From: Mytilus galloprovincialis
Lineage: Eukaryota
Assembly: GCF_965363235.1 (NCBI RefSeq)
Contig: NC_134842.1
Coordinates: 20,157,521 to 20,221,520, forward strand
DNA length: 64,000 nt
Reading direction: 5' to 3'
The notes beneath the pieces were generated by a model. It did not search any database, had not been told where the DNA came from, and saw nothing but the letters and a program-made list of their open reading frames with translations. The translations under genes were made by a program, and so were the position numbers. Positions 23,935 through 36,918 of the stretch are shown one piece after another (positions within the stretch are counted from its first letter, which is position 1; every line of letters begins with the position of its first letter).

Positions 23935-25050
23935 CCGCAGGGCGCAGCTTTATAAGACCCCAGAGGTTGAACCCTGAACAGTTGGGGCAAGTATGGACAC
24001 AACATTCAAACTTGATACAGCTCTGAATTAGGATTGTGATAAAATTCTTGACATAATATGAGTTTCTGACACAAAACAAATGTCAAGATCTTACAAATCT
24101 ATTATGCAATAATTTCAAAAATTTGGAATTTGAGAAATTTGGGAAAAAATTGAAAACTACTACCACCCGCTTTTTTTTTGTAATAAGTCCAAAACCTGAC
24201 ATTTCTTTATACATAAATTACAAGTAGTGTGAGGGAGGTAAATCCGAACATACCCAACATTGTATGTTAACTGTTTTTGAATTACCTCCATTACACTGCT
24301 TTTAAATGTTTTAATTGTCCATTGACCAGAAAACCCTAGCTTTCCCCCTTTTTTGCCCCTAATTCCAAAACGTTTTGAGCCATAACCACCCAATGTCATT
24401 ACTAACCATCCCTTCATGGTATGGAAACTTGTGGTATAATTTCAGAGAGATTCATACATTAAAACACAAGTTATTGTTTGAAAACTACAAAATTGCTTAA
24501 TTTAGGTCCCCTTTTTGGCCCTAATTCCTAAACTGTTCGGACCATAACCCCTAAAATCTATCCCAACCTTCCTTTAGTGGCATTTAACCTTCTGCTAAAA
24601 ATTCATAGAGATCTATTTACTAATCTAAAGCTATTGTCCGGAAAACCTATTTCCCCCCTTTTTTGCCCCTAATTCCCCTTTTTTAGCCCCTAATTCCAAA
24701 ACATTTTGAGCCATAACCACCCAAAGTCATTACTAACCACCCCTTAACGTTATGGCAACTTGTGGTATAATTTCAGAGAGATTCATACACTTAAACACAA
24801 GTTATTGTTTGAAAACTACAAAAGTGCTTATTGGGCCCCTTTTTAGCCCCTAATTCCTAAACTATTTAGACCAAAACCCCCAAAATCAATCCCAACCTTC
24901 ATTTAGTGGTATTGAACCTTCTGGTAAAAATTTATAGAGATCCATTCATTTAATCCTAAGTTATTGTCCGGAAACTAAATGTGTCTTCGGACGACATACC
25001 ATAATACGACGCAAAATTTTTTTTGCGGTCGTTTAAAAATTTGCAAACTG
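23935..25050 (+). mobile_element. Composite SINE-like element, copy 2 (tRNA-like head gcagaggttgaaccctgaacagttggggcaag, 170-bp tandem units at 24280-24960, hairpin tail acgacgcaaaattttttttgcggtcgtt).
   Basis: Collinear with copies at 6975-8280 and 37955-39900. Confidence 0.6.
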
Positions 25051-25398
25051 ATATTCGATACATGTATCTGTATGCAGATTTTCCTGAAATCACAATACTT
25101 AATCTTACAAGATGTTCACAAATGTATCTTTCTTTGTGTCCATCAGATTATTGAAAACAAATACTCTAAAGACTTATTTTTAAAATCTTTGGTATGATTG
25201 TACTGTTTTCATAATATGGTCAGGGGCGGATCCAGCCATTTTAAAAACGGGGGATTCCCAACCCAGAACAAAAGGGGGGTGGGGGGAGGGGGGTGTTTCC
25301 AACTATATGTCCCCATTCAAATAAATTGATCGTCCAAAAAACAGGGGGTTCCAACCCCCAGAACCCTCCCCCTTGATCTCCCACTGATTTGGTCATAC

Positions 25399-25479
25399 CT
25401 GATCCTGTGTATTATTACTGGAGAACACCCCATCTTCATAATCTCTAATCACGGCTCTAGCTGTCAGCTGGTGTAACAT
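25399..25479 (-). CDS. PARP4-like exon encoding MLHQLTARAVIRDYEDGVFSSNNTQDQ.
   Basis: Acceptor is ctctttatcttgtttag and donor is CAG|GTATGA. It matches the recalled human IHKLAARALIRDYEDGILHE. Confidence 0.7.
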
Positions 25480-25857
25480 CTAAACAAGATAAAGAGTGGT
25501 TATAAACTTATCTGATAAAATATATACAACAAAAGATGAATGTTAGAAAAGTATTAACTTTTAAAATATGATGCTAATTACATATAAAAAGTTAGTCAAG
25601 GGCAAGGTTTACTGAGCCCTTCAAGATTTAGGTGCTGTAACATAAAAATGTATATATTTCTGATACTGACCTACTGATGAAGCCTTAGCAGTTTTAGTGA
25701 GTTTTCAGTGAAGACAAATTTGTGACCTTCAAATCAAAATTGATGGCCACAAATCTTCAAACACTGTATCAGAAGCAATAAAATAGGATAGATCTTCCAC
25801 ATAAATCACAGTTAGAAACATGATAGTTTTCATTAACTTCAATGTAAATAGACTTAC

Positions 25858-25938
25858 TTTGCCCTTGGTCATATTAAGTTCTGTGGTTGACACCATGGTA
25901 CAGAATTCATTACCATCAACTGAAGCACTTAACTTGGC
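25858..25938 (-). CDS. PARP4-like exon encoding AKLSASVDGNEFCTMVSTTELNMTKGK.
   Basis: Acceptor is ttttttag and donor is CAAA|GTAAGT. It matches the recalled human EKEFRTMVSTTELQKTTGT. Confidence 0.6.
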
Positions 25939-27080
25939 CTAAAAAATGGGAACAAAAATTATTCAAAAATCATTTTTTATCATTGCAGGTGACAATAGTC
26001 CATTTGCCAATTACCGATTTGATTCTGTTATTACATGAACACACTTTTAAAACAAATTACTTCCCTTTGTCAATTGTAGACTGGTTCCATACTGGACAAA
26101 ATTGGTTTTTGCTAATGCAAAGCATGATGAATTGAAAGTGATGTATCGGCGGTTTAACTATTCTTTCATGAAAACTAATTTCTGATGTCAAAGAATAAAC
26201 TAGAGAAATACTGGAAGAACCAACCAATGGTGTACAAAGACTATAAATCAAAAATCACCGGAAGTGGAGAAGATTTAGATATAAAGACTGATGAAGAGGA
26301 ACTTTAGTTCCTGTATCAGTAAAAGAACCTAAGTAAACCTAAGTAAGTAAAAGTATTTAGCTTAAGGATGTACTTAGGTGAGGTTAGGTGAAAATTAATA
26401 AATCAAGAATTTAAAATTGATATTATATAAGCTGGTAGAGCATCCGTTAAGGATAAAAATAAGCTAAAAATATTGATAGGTCATGGACCTCCTTTTCGAG
26501 ATATTTGGGATTTAAAATATGGCGGAAAAAGGCTGACTCTGATTTTTACCTTATATTTGAAAACCTTAAAGATGACTCACATTACACACAGGTAAATTTG
26601 CTCTTCCTGCTAGCTCTTCATTGTAAATAAAAACTAATGTCCCTCATAAGGGAGACAACGTATAAAGGGATCTCTAATTACAGGGTCAATTACGGGAATT
26701 GGCAAATAGCCTATTATTGGGTATAAAATTGTGAAAAATAAATCATGCAATATTTGAAAACAAGGTTGTATTTAGAACAACACAAAGGAATGGGAAATAA
26801 TTCTCAAAATAATAATTTTGAAATGAGAGAAAAAAAAATATCATGTTTTATTACCAAATCCTATTCTCCTTTACTTTTTTATAACAATTATTTGGTATAG
26901 AATGTGAATTAAATCGTGCAATATTTAAAAAGGTTGTACTTATAAGAACAACAAAAAGCAATGGGAAATAATTCTCAAATTGATAAATTAAAAATTGAAA
27001 ATGAACTTCACAATAAATATATGTTTTAAATAAACACATAGATTCATGAGCAACAAACACGATTTTATTTTAATTCTTAC

Positions 27081-27248
27081 CTGTGTACAATTTGGGACAA
27101 ACCCATAAACTACCTGGCGAGTACCATTAAACAGAGATGGGATTATACATGGAGCCTGGATTATATTACTGTGTTTAGCATAGTATATCCACTGTACACT
27201 GACCCCAGAAACACCTGGTTGACAAGCTCGCTCAGTCTGGCCTTCAAT
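27081..27248 (-). CDS. PARP4-like exon encoding IEGQTERACQPGVSGVSVQWIYYAKHSNIIQAPCIIPSLFNGTRQVVYGFVPNCTQ.
   Basis: Acceptor is ttttattccacag and donor is CAG|GTAAGA. It matches the recalled human LCSPSCHSVSVKWQQ...QVPSLFLNDRLLVYGFIPHCTQ. Confidence 0.7.
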
Positions 27249-27439
27249 CTGTGGAATAAAACCATGTGGAGCATTAAGAAAGATCTGCCCAAAATGTTTA
27301 CAGTCTAAATAGTTGCTTGATATTAAAATACACAGTCTTTTACATAAAACTAATGTGTTAAACAGATTGATTTAAATATTTCTCATTTCTAGTGAAAACT
27401 TTGTTCTCAGCAAATGATTGGAAATTCAATTACAATGTC

Positions 27440-28030
27440 AAAGGAGTAGTTCGGTCCAGTAAGGGCCGATTTCGGCCTCAATTTTCAAGTTCATCAAACG
27501 AAATATTTTTGACACTTTTTAAACACTTAAGTGTCTATTTCAATTGATTCAATTAGTTTATGTGAACTATTTTTACTGATTAAGTCATTAAAAACGCTCC
27601 AATTTAAGTTTAAATATGAAAAATCTATCAAATATGCCAAAAATCATCACTTTTCAGATGGTTTTTGTCAAAAATGAAAGTGGCCGCATCCGTGTTCATC
27701 GTAAAGCTTTATATATATTATGTATTATCATTAAATACAGCTAAAATTTCAATATTATGGATGAACACGAATGAGGCCACTTTCATTAAAGACGGAAACC
27801 GTCTGAAATTTAACTAAAATGCTAAAATTGTGAAGATTTCAGTAATTAAGCATGACTTAATGATGCTAGTACCTGATATATGTGCATTGTATTGTCAAAA
27901 ACAGCCCATATTTATGTAGCAGAAGCATTCTACTTTTGCATAAATATCTAAACGATTACATTTTCACAATTTTCTAAAACTGCTATATTTTGGGGCCAAA
28001 AAGGGGTCTTACTGAACCTACTCCTTTTCT
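27440..28030. mobile_element. Second copy of the head plus tail of the 10240-11400 element family, without the 150-bp array.
   Basis: The segments gggccgatttcggcctcaa...tcacttttcagatggtttttgtcaaaaatgaaag...ctgctatattttggggccaaaaaggggtcttactg are shared. Confidence 0.6.
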
Positions 28031-28629
28031 TGAAATCTAAATTTCCTACTGTGACTTCACCAAAAAGACAATGATAATGATGCCTGGTGACTTCACAAAT
28101 AAAGAACACAACTTTCTGCATATTTGAAATGAAAGGATAAACTCTGATTAAATATTATCTAAAAATCATTAGAGAAACAGATTTCACCACTACATCTCTT
28201 GTATTTTGATATTTCTCCACTATCAACAGTTAAAATTTTAAATATTATAAAGCTTTGCAATCAAACATGGTCAACATTTTCAATGTTTATTACCACAAGA
28301 GATTGTAACATAATAACAAAAGAACATGTACCACTCAAACAGATGAGTAATTTATCATTGAAAAACTCAAGTAAATTTTGCCAAACTTTTTTCATTTGTA
28401 AATTTTGCTTTCACACTTCTTATCATTTCCATGACATGTTAATGAACCTGCAGACATTTTTGTTTGCTGGTATTGTAAAGACACTTTGAGCAACCTTGGC
28501 TATATCAAGCCTGAGTACCCAGAAAGAATGACGATCATTGTAAATTAAGATCGGAGATTAACACATCTTGCCATAAGCTAGCTTTTGATTTAACATAAAA
28601 TACTGATACATGTAATGGTCAATGCTAAC

Positions 28630-28729
28630 CTTTGACTGCCAATTAGACTTAGTTTTGTTGTTGTAATATTGGTATGTTCCTCCACCAGATGTCGCTAGTG
28701 TCTTCATTAAGTGATGATTTACTGCAGGA
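28630..28729 (-). CDS. PARP4-like exon encoding (G)PAVNHHLMKTLATSGGGTYQYYNNKTKSNWQSK.
   Basis: Acceptor is ttatcttttttttctcag and donor is AAG|GTTAGC. It matches the recalled human GSTANRHVLRILSQCGAGVFEYFNAKSKHSWRKQ. Confidence 0.7.
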
Positions 28730-29601
28730 CTGAGAAAAAAAAGATAAAACATTATTTTATATTATACTAATTTAGATTCTTTAAAAATAATATTTAAGGT
28801 TCATCATAACCTTTTTAAAAATACATGATTGGCCATATTTACACCACAAAATTACACCAAGTACATGAAAACCTGTACACCTCATACATTTAAGTTTTAG
28901 AGGCATCCCAGGAACTATAGAACTAAATTTTAAAAGCAGTTTATATTTCAGAATCTTATAAGCTTTTATGGTTTTTGTACCTAATCCCTAAAATTTTGAA
29001 AAAATTAAAAGTTTGGAAAAATATTTTTTTATATTCCTTATTGAAATATTATTAGTGACTTGTATTTTAATTCCTTTTGATGAATTTTAAAAACAGTTCA
29101 TTTTTGGGGTCTTTTTTGTTGTAAAAGCCCAGATAATTTAGCAAAAAGCTGTATTTCAGAAATCAAGTGATAACACTGCATTAAGATCTATAATGATAAT
29201 ATAAGGACTAGAAATGCATTGTAATCTTCATGTTCTGAGAATCTGTCCATTCAACACAATGTGAGAGAACCAATTCAAAAATTCATATTTCAACCACTGT
29301 ATATAAATGATCTGCATAGTATCTGACATTTAGTAAATGACATTTTAGACTACTCATTGTTCTAAACACAGGGACATTACCATAATGTAATTCTATTCAA
29401 TATGTTTTTTTATTACCTAGTTTACAATATTCAATATTATATAATTTATTAAATGTTATGCAATACAAGTGTAACGCAAATGTTTCAATTAAATATTGTT
29501 AATGCATTCTTAGGGATCAGCTAAAGGTTAAGACCTTTAAAGAATAAAAGAGATGTTACTTAATAAGCAGCAGAGAATAAAAGATAGATTTTTATACCTA
29601 C

Positions 29602-29789
29602 CCAACTCCTGCAGTGAAAAGTCGATTCTGATCACTCATTTTTCTGACAAGTGATAAAGTTTCCTCAACACTAGTCATGTGACCATCTGATATAAGAATG
29701 ATACTCCTGCTGCCCTCTGGTGGACTGAGTAAGAACAAAGACTGTAACAAGGTTATGACAACTGTTCCTCCTTGGTCACATTCAGTTGA
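29602..29789 (-). CDS. PARP4-like vWA exon encoding STECDQGGTVVITLLQSLFLLSPPEGSRSIILISDGHMTSVEETLSLVRKMSDQNRLFTAGV(G).
   Basis: Acceptor is ttttttatttacag and donor is TGG|GTAGGT. It matches the recalled human GNTDFWKTLRYLSLLYPARGSRNILLVSDGHLQDESLTLQLVKRSRPHTRLFACGIG. Confidence 0.75.
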
Positions 29790-30302
29790 CTGTAAATAAA
29801 AAATGTTAGGATCAAAATCAAGCAGTTTTAAAATACTGTGTGGATTCATTATAAATCTTCGGATACCAATATTTGTGTAATTTGTGGGTACAGATAAACC
29901 ACGAAATTAAATGTTTAACAAAAAACCAATTTGAAACAGGTTTGTATGCAGACTTCTGCAAAACCACAAAATGAAATATCCATGAACACGTATGTTTTCC
30001 TTAATCCCCAGAAATAAGAAACAGCGAAAATAAATGAATCCACGGTGAAATACTTGAGAAAGTCCATCAAAATCAATGAAAGAGAAAGGATAAGAACAAA
30101 GGGTCAAGAAATTTATTGAAATTTATCTCTGTAATTTTTGTAAGATTTTATTCGCGTCTATATGGATTCATCCAATTGTCAATTTCTATATACTTTAGGA
30201 ATGAACTGCTTAAAAAAAAATATATTATCACTATTCTTGCATTTGTTAAGATTATTTTTCATAGAAATGAACCAATCTATATTAAGTTTAATATGATTTT
30301 AC

Positions 30303-30443
30303 CTGTATGAAGTTTGTAGCTTTTTGTACTGAATCTTTTGTTTTGAGTTGCGGTGATGGGAATAGCTCTTTAAATGTTGTACCAAACGTGATCACATTAA
30401 AACTGGACTTGTCAGGTAACTTTGTCAAAGACAAAAGGAAAAC
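30303..30443 (-). CDS. PARP4-like vWA exon encoding VFLLSLTKLPDKSSFNVITFGTTFKELFPSPQLKTKDSVQKATNFIQ.
   Basis: Acceptor is ttctattgtgtttcag and donor is CAG|GTAAAA. It matches the recalled human IALHALSLVGEKQKVNIIQFGTGYKELFSYPKHITSNTMAAEFIM. Confidence 0.7.
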
Positions 30444-30895
30444 CTGAAACACAATAGAAATAAATTATATAAAGAAAAGCATTTAAATATTTTTTTTCAA
30501 ATATATAGCTACATTTGTAGGTCAATTTAATGATAAAATACCAAATCTTTTTTTTTTACTATAGATGTCATCTCTTTAATTTGTAATAGAAAGCTACTGT
30601 CCAAGTTTTGTAAAATTCCATAAAAGTCTGACAAAGATCTTGTCTAAAAGGAACTTAAACCACAGACTGAACTTAATAGGTTGACAAAAAACTTAAACTT
30701 GAACATTTGAATGAGAAATTATGATCAATATTCTTTAGTAATCAAAGCTCTGTACACTCAACGTTTGTTATATTTGTAAAAAAACAATTAGATCCAAAAA
30801 GGTTTGGTTTAGACAAATGTTTTTGCTTTACTTTTTTTTAGCAAAGCTTCCTTATTTTTTTCTTTCATAGATTGATATTGTTTTTTATACATTAC

Positions 30896-31015
30896 CTTTT
30901 TAGCATCCCTCCCTGCTTGACCTTTCATAGAATTAGACATATCTAATAAATAGATAACTTCCTGTTGGGGGTCAAAATCTGCATCAAACTCCGGATAAAA
31001 TGTTAGCATGCAGGC
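30896..31015 (-). CDS. PARP4-like vWA exon, with a MIDAS-like DMSNSM motif, encoding ACMLTFYPEFDADFDPQQEVIYLLDMSNSMKGQAGRDAKK.
   Basis: Acceptor is aattattttttag and donor is AAG|GTAATG. It matches the recalled human EACMLVFQPDLDVDLPDLASESEVIICLDCSSSMEGVTFLQAKQ. Confidence 0.75.
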
Positions 31016-31696
31016 CTAAAAAATAATTATCCATAAATATTTAATGCATAAAAAGAAAAAGTAGTACATTCTAATTGTACAAATCAAGAGAAAATCAAAG
31101 TGCTTGTATGCTCTGGAAGTTAAAGTTTGCTGTTATATATCAGTGGGAAATAAATTTAAATATTGCATTGTATAAAGCATCGGTTGTAGTTGATGCACTA
31201 GTGCTACAATTCTTGACAAGGGAGGTAACTCCAATCTTTAAATGATGACTTTAACAATGACATCATTGATATTTTTAGAACAGATATTAGATTCCTGAAT
31301 CCTTGACAAAGTTATGTAATTTTCTTGACAAGTACAACATTATCTTGTGACTTCAATTTCAATAAATGAGTATACATATTTCACTGATAAATATCTGGAA
31401 ATTTTCATGGATGTATAGAATGTATATAATGTTGTGATAAATGAAATATATTTTGTGTATCTCAAAAGTAGTGATAAAACTTGGAAGATTTTGATATCAA
31501 GTCAATCCAATCAGGTTTTGACTGCATTTACATATACTGATCCTTATATGAATAAAAGTCAGACACAATATCGTGCATGACAATATCTTCTCTGTGCTTA
31601 GCACCATACCAAATACTACTTTTTATTAGAATTATTACATGAACTGCAGATAATGAAACTGAACTTAGTACCATTATTTTCTGTTACTATGGTTAC

Positions 31697-31831
31697 CTGA
31701 CTGTCCTTGTTAGGGTGATTTTCTACCCACATTCGTGGTACATGTATTTCTGCCATGGTGACCAATAGCTGAAAACCATCATCTAGCTGGCTATTTTTAG
31801 GTAACTCCACTACTGCCTTGGTGGCCGTTGT
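31697..31831 (-). CDS. PARP4-like exon encoding TTATKAVVELPKNSQLDDGFQLLVTMAEIHVPRMWVENHPNKDSQ.
   Basis: Acceptor is taatcttttttcag and donor is CAG|GTAACC. It matches the recalled human SGFSLHIGLSAAYLPRMWVEKHPEKESE. Confidence 0.65.
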
Positions 31832-33144
31832 CTGAAAAAAGATTAGTAAAGAGCACCACAAATACAAAACATTAATGAGAGGTGGCAACAAGGTTTACAA
31901 CCTGATTTTTCTTTAAACTTGTTAGTCAGTAGAAATTTCTGGTCAATTTTGATAATTTATAGGGATAACAAGACACAATCAAACCCGTTCTTATTAGTAT
32001 TACTTGACTTACAGAAAACTTGAAAATGGTTCTAAAAGTCCTAATTGACTAAAGAGCTACAATTCACAGGAATTTAAAAGTATACAAGGTAAACTATGTC
32101 ATACTGATTGGAATTTTCAACAAAATAATAAATCAAATTTACTTTTCACAATCTGGATTCTCTCTGATGTTAACCTGTTGGCTATACTGATCATACGCGA
32201 TATACCTTTGTAATATAACATTTAATGCTTCCTCAACAAATTTACAACGCAATGTAATGACTACTAATGTTTATTAATATGTTTTTCTGTATACCTTTGT
32301 TCAACTTAGGTGATACCAGAATAAAATAATTACATTAGATATATGTTTCATTATAATATGTTAATCTGATTGGCTACACTGCAATCTCGCGTTATTCCTA
32401 AATCAACTTCATTACACAATAAAATTTATCATTCATGATGACATGAGGTCCCACAATAAAGTGCACAGGTTAATTAGATAAAAACTTGATAAAAATCGGG
32501 TTTTCATGATCCTAGCTAAAAAAATGTAATTATAAGTATTGAATGCTTCTTTTTGTAACTTAATAGGGTTGTAATAGCGTTGACCGTGCGCACATATTTA
32601 GAATGAAGCGCTTCAACGCTTTACACCCCAATGGAGATACAAAAAGAAGCATTTAATTCTTAAATGCTATATAATGACAAAAAATATGTTCCACCCTGTC
32701 TCCCCATGACTTAGGGACAAAGGAAAGTAACTTAAATTATATGTATTAAATCTACACAAAAACTTTGCAATGATGGAGCAATTTTGTGTATCAGCAGTCT
32801 TTTTGTAAGTTTGTTTATGAGAGATTTTGTATTGCAAATCAAAGTCACATTTAGAAAGTGGGTCTCAATGGGATCTAAGGGTGACAAAGGATTAGCCGAT
32901 TTTTTTAAAGCATGACACATGAAAGTCGAATAATTAAGCGGGACACAGAAAAATTACATGCGCTGTTATGGCAACAAGAAGTGAGATGATAAAGGATTCT
33001 CACTAAACAATAAGCAGGATCTGGGATCAGACTACCCCCCCCCCCCCCCCTTTTGCCTCCGCAAATGAGACCCCTTAAAAGGAAAAAAATTCAATGGTCT
33101 GCTAAAAAGGAAACCCTCAAAAATCAATCTGACGAGTTAACTAC

Positions 33145-33267
33145 CTTGACTTTAATTCTGTGTGTTGGTGAATTAACATTTCTAATATCAAATGGCATTT
33201 CCATGGCAACTTGTAAAGACAGATCACATCTTCCAGTGTCCTTGACCTTCAAAGATGTTAGCTCAGA
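33145..33267 (-). CDS. PARP4-like exon encoding SELTSLKVKDTGRCDLSLQVAMEMPFDIRNVNSPTHRIKVK.
   Basis: Acceptor is atatactttctttgcag and donor is AAG|GTAGTT. There is a weaker match to the recalled human QSFSLTMSIEMPYVIEFIFSDTHELKQ. Confidence 0.55.
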
Positions 33268-33419
33268 CTGCAAAGAAAGTATATTAATGTATAATTTAAA
33301 TATCACAACTGACAACAGGACATTGCCTGCTTGCATTATGTAATTGATAGTCTATGCTTGTTGACTGTTGTACTGAAATCATGTCAAAACAAATTACATG
33401 CCCTGATCACCAAAAGTAC

Positions 33420-33900
33420 CTTTTCGCTCTAATACCTGTTAGCCCAGGGTTCATTCTCCCTGATTTTGATTTTTCAATTGTTGTCTAGTTGCATAACCTT
33501 AATTATTTGAACAGTGTATGCTAAAGTTTGTTGAAAAATTCAATGAGTAAAATTGAGAATGGAAATGGGGAATGTGTCAAAGAGACAACAACCTGACCAT
33601 AGAAAAAACAACAGCAGAAGGTCAGGAACAGGTCTTCAATGTAGCAAGAAATTCCCGCACCGGGAGGTGTCCTTCAGCTGGCCCCTAAACAAATATATAC
33701 TAGTTCAGTGATAATGAACGCCATACTAATTTCCAAATTGTACACAAGAAACTAAAATTAAAATAATACAAGACTAACAAAGGCCAGAGGCTCCTGACTT
33801 GAGACAGGAGCAAAAATGCGGTTGGGTTAAACATGTTTATGAGATCTCAACCCTCCCCCTATACCTCAAGCCAATGTAGAAAAGTAAACGCATAACAATA
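33420..33900 (-). mobile_element. SINE family B copy in reverse orientation, with an associated tail element that is shared with 35640-35830 and 46110-46300.
   Basis: Contains aatggaaatggggaatgtgtcaaagagacaacaacctgacc, the reverse complement of the family B 3' part seen at 14075-14230, 18815-18950, 19835-20000 and 43235-43380. The tail segment ggctcctgacttgagacagg...gggttaaacatgtt is also present. Confidence 0.6.
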
Positions 33901-35460
33901 CGCACATTAATATTCAGTTCAAGAGAAGTCCAAGTCTGATCTCAGAAGATGTAACCAAAGAAAATAAACAAAATGACAATAATACATAAATAACAACAGA
34001 CTACTAGCAGTTAACTGACATGCCAGCTCCAGACTTCAATTAAACTGATTGAAAGATTATGATTTCATCATATGAATATCAGGCACAATCCTTCCCGTTA
34101 GGGGTTAAGTATCATACCATCATAACATATATGAGAAGAACATAACCCGTGTTATGCCAACAACTGTTTTTTGAATAAAGGTGTTTTGTTCTGATGCGAA
34201 GACCCTATAAGTGAATCAATATTAATGCCAAAATATGCAATCTTTAATGACCTGACAACAGTATCGTAACTATATCCCTTCTTAATAAGTCTATTTAAAG
34301 GTTTTGTTAGCTTCTGAGGTGAATACTGACATTTTTGTGCTTTATAAAGAATATTTCCATAAAAAATTGGATGTGAAATACCTGAACGTATAAGAAGTCT
34401 GCATGATGAGCTATATTAATGAATGATGGCCTTATACCGATGATAAAATTTAGTAAATGTTTTGACTAGTTTGTGATATCGAAAACTCTGGTTTAATAAT
34501 TTTTCAGTAATACATAAATTTCTCTCGTTAAAATCTAAAACATTGTTACATACACGAGCGAATCGTACAAGTTGAGATTTTAAAAAGAGTATTTGTATTG
34601 CTGCAACCCAATTATTATTTTCCTTTCATTTCCACATAAACAAACTTATAAATTAATCCTTTTCATGTTTTTAAAATTCATTTATCATTGTTTTTACTCA
34701 TTATTACAAGCTGACTAGTTAATCAAATCAAAATATTGTATTTATTATAAATCCACTAAAGACAATTATTACAGCAATCAGTGAGAAATATTATTATGAA
34801 TTTATGCTCCAAAACATGACATCAATTTAAAATATTTCCATGTGTTTTTTTGAATTTCAATAATGTATACCATATAGATATCTGAATAAGTTTTTCTAGT
34901 TTTAATACCCTAAATACTTTTTTTTATATAAAAGTAGGAAGAATATATGGGCAACCAAACTCATAGACCCAATACTACCTTTGAAAACAGGGGAGATAAT
35001 TCTTAACTTGGTACATGTTGTAATTAAAAAAAAGATCATGATGTTAATTATAATTACTGAATGCAATTTATTTGAATAACAAACAAACTTTAAAATGTTC
35101 TGCTTTCAAACATGTACTGCAGAAGCAAATATTCAAAGCAGTATTTTTTTAAAAATAAAACAAAGGCATTTAGATTGAAGCAGCTACTAACATTATGTTA
35201 TGTTTGGACTGCACATATCTGTGATTTATGAGAGCATTGTTTACCTGTGTTTTCTGAGCCAGAGCTGTATCTGTATATTTTATGAGAGCATTGTTTACCT
35301 GTGTTTTCTGAGCCAGAGCTGTATCTGTATATTTTTTGAGAGCATTGTTTAACTGTGTTTTCTGAGCCAGAGCTGTATCTGTATATTTTATGAGAGCATT
35401 ATTTACCTGTGTTTTCTGAGCCAGAGCTGTATCTGTATATTTCATGAGAGCATTATTTAC

Positions 35461-35625
35461 CTGTGTTTTCTGAGCCAGAGCTGTATCTTGTATCCATGGT
35501 GCTACTGAAGCAGGTAAACTAAATGCTATGGCTTCATTCTCTGTTTGTAATTCTGATATGTATGTTATCTTAATCAAAACTCTCGCTTGTGGAGGTAAAT
35601 TCCCTACACTAACTGTAAACACATC
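35461..35625 (-). CDS. PARP4-like VIT-domain exon encoding DVFTVSVGNLPPQARVLIKITYISELQTENEAIAFSLPASVAPWIQDTALAQKTQ. It is followed by 4 more in-frame 54-bp copies (35215-35460), each ending in CAG|GTAAA.
   Basis: Acceptor is ttgttttttatcttacag and the first donor is ACACAG|GTAAAT. It matches the recalled human DVFTVSVGNLPPKAKVLIKITYITELSILGTVGVFFMPATVAPWQQDKALNEN almost residue for residue. Confidence 0.75.
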
Positions 35626-36826
35626 CTGTAAGATAAAAAACAATTCAAAGGAGAAAACTAACGGCCTTATTTATGTACAAAAAATGAGTGAAAAAACACA
35701 TATTAAAACAAACTACAACCACTGAATTTCAGGCTCCTGACTTGGGACAGGCACATACATAGAGAATGTGGTGGGTTTAAACATGTTAGCAGGATCCCAT
35801 CCCTCCCCTTACTTGGACGTCATAAACAGTCAGAGAAAAACATGACCTCGTGCAATGCCAAGATACAGGTATCGACAGATAGTAGATCCATGAATGTGTA
35901 TATGTATTTATAGATTATTACATGGCATTTTTCATATTGCCCTGGTATCAGCCCTAGACTCCCATATCAAGCCAGAGGGCTTTAGCCCGAGGGCTTGATA
36001 TGGGTCGTGGGCTGATACCAGGGACCATATGAAAAATGACATGTAATAATCTATTTATCACATATTTTTAAGCAAGAGAAAACAAATAGCTTACACCAAA
36101 TTATGTTTGATATTTCATCAAAAATCAAAAAGATATTTAACGAAAATAAAATAAAAAATGTATCACTGTGAGTTTAAAAAAGTTCGTATCACAGTAGGTA
36201 AACAACGTTTTGTGAAAAGTTTCAGAAATGATTAACAATAAATATATAAATTCTAAGAATTGCAAATATTAAACGACTTTAAAATGTTACATTACAAATG
36301 TTAAAAATGCTTAAGAAGAATCCTATATCGCTACTCATTCCAGTGTGGCGTCATATATTTTATAAATTCTTTATGACGTCAAAATTGTATGGGAACTTTT
36401 GTGATTTTCACTGTTGATTTCTACTTTTTTCTTCTACAGCAGATTCGTAACTTTCTAAATTTCTTTTCATTGTGTTCAACTTGTTTACAAATAGTCTTTG
36501 ATCGACAGTTTACCGGAAGTTAAACTCGGGGGCTTGATATGGATTTCGAGGGCTGATATCGATATCGGCCCCGAGGGCTGATAACCAACCTTGACTTCCG
36601 GCTATTATTGGCCATGCAAAAACGTACATATCAGTACAAAATATGTGATAAATAACAATAATATTTAGTTTACTTTGACACTACTGATAACCATATCAAT
36701 ATTAATACCAATAAAAACAATATTCAATGATCCTAATAATAGTGTTGGATTGGTAACCTTTTAGAATAAGTTTATTTAAAGGATTGATAAAGGATCGATA
36801 TCCTTTTCCCTGTTATATATACTTAC

Positions 36827-36918
36827 TGGTTCCTCTTCATCCATTAGGTATGCCCCATGTCCTTTACTAATGGCCTCTTTGTATTCCTTGTGAGCTGTTT
36901 CTTTTTCTTTTACCTCCC
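36827..36918 (-). CDS. PARP4-like exon encoding (G)EVKEKETAHKEYKEAISKGHGAYLMDEEEP.
   Basis: Donor is CCA|GTAAGT. It matches the recalled human GEIKEKEEAQQEYLEAVTQGHGAYLMSQDAP. Confidence 0.7.
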
